Assembly: GCA_030059675.1 (NCBI GenBank)
Contig: JANVYQ010000002.1
Coordinates: 64,001 to 128,000, forward strand
Length of the DNA: 64,000 bases
DNA from: Candidatus Pelearchaeum maunauluense
Lineage (GTDB): Archaea > Thermoproteota > Nitrososphaeria_A > Caldarchaeales > Caldarchaeaceae
Reading direction: 5' to 3'
Positions 62,243-64,000 of this stretch are shown in pieces. Numbering within the stretch: position 1 is the first letter of the stretch; every line of letters starts with the position of its first letter. Position numbers and translations under genes: made by a program. The notes under the pieces were generated by a model. That model saw only the letters and a program-made list of their open reading frames with translations, had not been told where the DNA came from and did no database searches.

Positions 62243-63158
62243 GCTCCGTGAAGTAGAGGTTGATGAAGATGAGCTTGATGAATACTGCCCGTCATGCGCC
62301 TCAAGGCTATACGAACTGAATGAGGGTAAGGTATGCGGTAGATGTAGCGTAGTCTATAAGCTTAGAAAAGCTGAGAAGGTCTATGAGGCTTGGAGACTCC
62401 ACATACCGAAGACAGAGCTTGAGAAATCTCCTCTGCTACTCGTTGTTCTTGAGAATTTTCCCTACTTCGTTCCAGCTAGATTTAGTGTAGAGGTAGAGGG
62501 TCATAGCTGCTCTATCTACAGGATAGATGAATCTGGAAGGGAATGGACGAGGACGAGATAATTGATAGGATCGCAACGAATTGTAAGAGACGTTAACATA
62601 GGTGTAATTCCCGTGCTTACAGCCGTAAGGTATGGCTACGACCCAAGGGCGAACGAATACAGATACATAGAGAGAACTGCGAGAATAATATCAAACATAC
62701 TTAGGAACCCGTCATTATTGAGGAAGAGCGATTTACGATTAGTCGCAGTAGTCTCTAAATCTGTGCTATCAAAGAATACTGCCGAGACATTCTTAGAGAT
62801 GCTTGACGAAGAAGGCATAGAATATAGCACGTATAGCTACGTAATAGATGAGGGGAACGTAGTTAGAAGGTTAATAGATGTTGGTCTAGACCATAAAGAC
62901 GCAACCCTACTCATAGACCTAGTTAAAGCATTCCCAATAATCATAGACAGATTAAGGCGTAGCGATAGAGCATCACCTGAGAGAATTAGAGACTCCTTAA
63001 GGCAGGAGCTTGGAGAAGAATATGACTTCATGGCTGATATATACTCCGAAGCACTAAGGTTAGGTAGAAGATTAACAATAAAGGAGGCCAAGAGAAGGGC
63101 GAATATGAATAAAGCCTTCAGCCTAGACATACTCAAGTCCCTAAAAATAATAGAATAG
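62229..63158 (+). CDS. Two adjacent hypothetical ORFs (62229-62561 with CxxC motifs; 62562-63158), possibly one gene with an internal stop
   Basis: Same frame, abutting. Confidence 0.4.
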
Positions 63159-63427
63159 GATTGATATAACGGAGTTTCTTAAAGAGATTACTTTTAAGAC
63201 ATTTTTATTCCATCGGAATCGAGTTTAGTTTTTTCTTCAATATATGCTTCATAACATCTAATACTGAGATAATTAAGAAATGGTTAAAGCATGACGAACA
63301 TGAAGTGATAATGTGGTTAGGTTTGTTAAGGATAATTGAAGACGTCCGTGAATAACCAAAAATGTGGACAGCCCATTAAATTAAAACTCGACAACTAGCG
63401 GGTTAAGGTCTTGCTCGTGTAGTCATG

Positions 63428-63865
63428 TCATTTCTCTAGGTGGGATGCCCATTGATTAAACAACTCGTGAAGTCTTATTCGTCTAGTTTCTTTGTATTCG
63501 TCAGAATACTGGATTTTGTTGAGCCTCCTAGCATAGCTTTTAATATTTTCTACTGAGATGTTAGGGAAAAGGAACTTGGATAATTCAAATAATTTATCTA
63601 AATCATCGGAACAACCAGAAGCACTAACAGACCTAGAAACAAATAGCCATCCTTTTTCTATGAGCAACTCTATGGCGTACCAATCTTCTCCATAAATCTT
63701 AAAATGAACCAAAATCAACCATAGAGCTGGGTCAACTTCGGGAAAAAGGTGTAGTGTAATATCATTCAGAGCTTCATCAAAAGCATTTTGTGAACCTAAC
63801 CTTTGGCGAGCAAACTTTAGGTATTCGTTCCATGCTACGTTAGAAATAAGGTTTTTATTTTCCAA
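63428..63865 (-). CDS. AT-rich hypothetical protein (probably extends past the window end)
   Basis: Long ORF with foreign composition. Confidence 0.45.
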   Translation of the reverse strand: MENKNLISNVAWNEYLKFARQRLGSQNAFDEALNDITLHLFPEVDPALWLILVHFKIYGEDWYAIELLIEKGWLFVSRSVSASGCSDDLDKLFELSKFLFPNISVENIKSYARRLNKIQYSDEYKETRRIRLHELFNQWASHLEK

Positions 63866-64000
63866 GTTTTGTTTCGTTATCTTCCATTCATTTGGGAAGA
63901 CAACCCAAACGTTGTAATCTAGAGGAGCGCATTTAAAGAGTTCTTCAAAGAAGAGAGAGAATAAATGTTTCAGATAATTCTCGTCGGATTTTTTATCGTC

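Overview
This is an archaeal window, most likely from a thermophilic TACK lineage, judging from PaREP1 genes, PriL, box C/D sRNAs and a crenarchaeal-type malate synthase. It has three compositional zones. (1) An AT-richer accessory zone (1-~23,300) holds PaREP1/HEPN genes, toxin-antitoxin pairs, an IS6 and many pseudogenes. (2) A GC-rich core zone (~23,300-58,900) holds malate synthase, cupredoxins, a DEAD-box helicase, a radical SAM protein, PriL, tRNA-Ser(UGA), DNA ligase, AsnRS, MoeA and a cox/xdh cluster with no large subunit. (3) A second accessory zone runs from ~58,900 to 64,000. The main discovery is at 11,025-17,670. The Fe/Mn superoxide dismutase gene is interrupted, right after the DVWEH metal-ligand codons, by a 32-nt bulge-helix-bulge (BHB) intron whose removal restores the frame exactly. 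Immediately downstream and convergent is a ~780-nt non-coding structured RNA with two parallel arms, each holding three kink-turns. It leads straight into an Arg-rich tandem-HNH nuclease ORF that is split by a 1-nt frameshift. The intron-bearing 3' end of sod is repeated 5,952 bp later, bracketing the island. All structures were derived by eye; no folding or database searches were run. Many single-base frameshifts in the window may be assembly errors.
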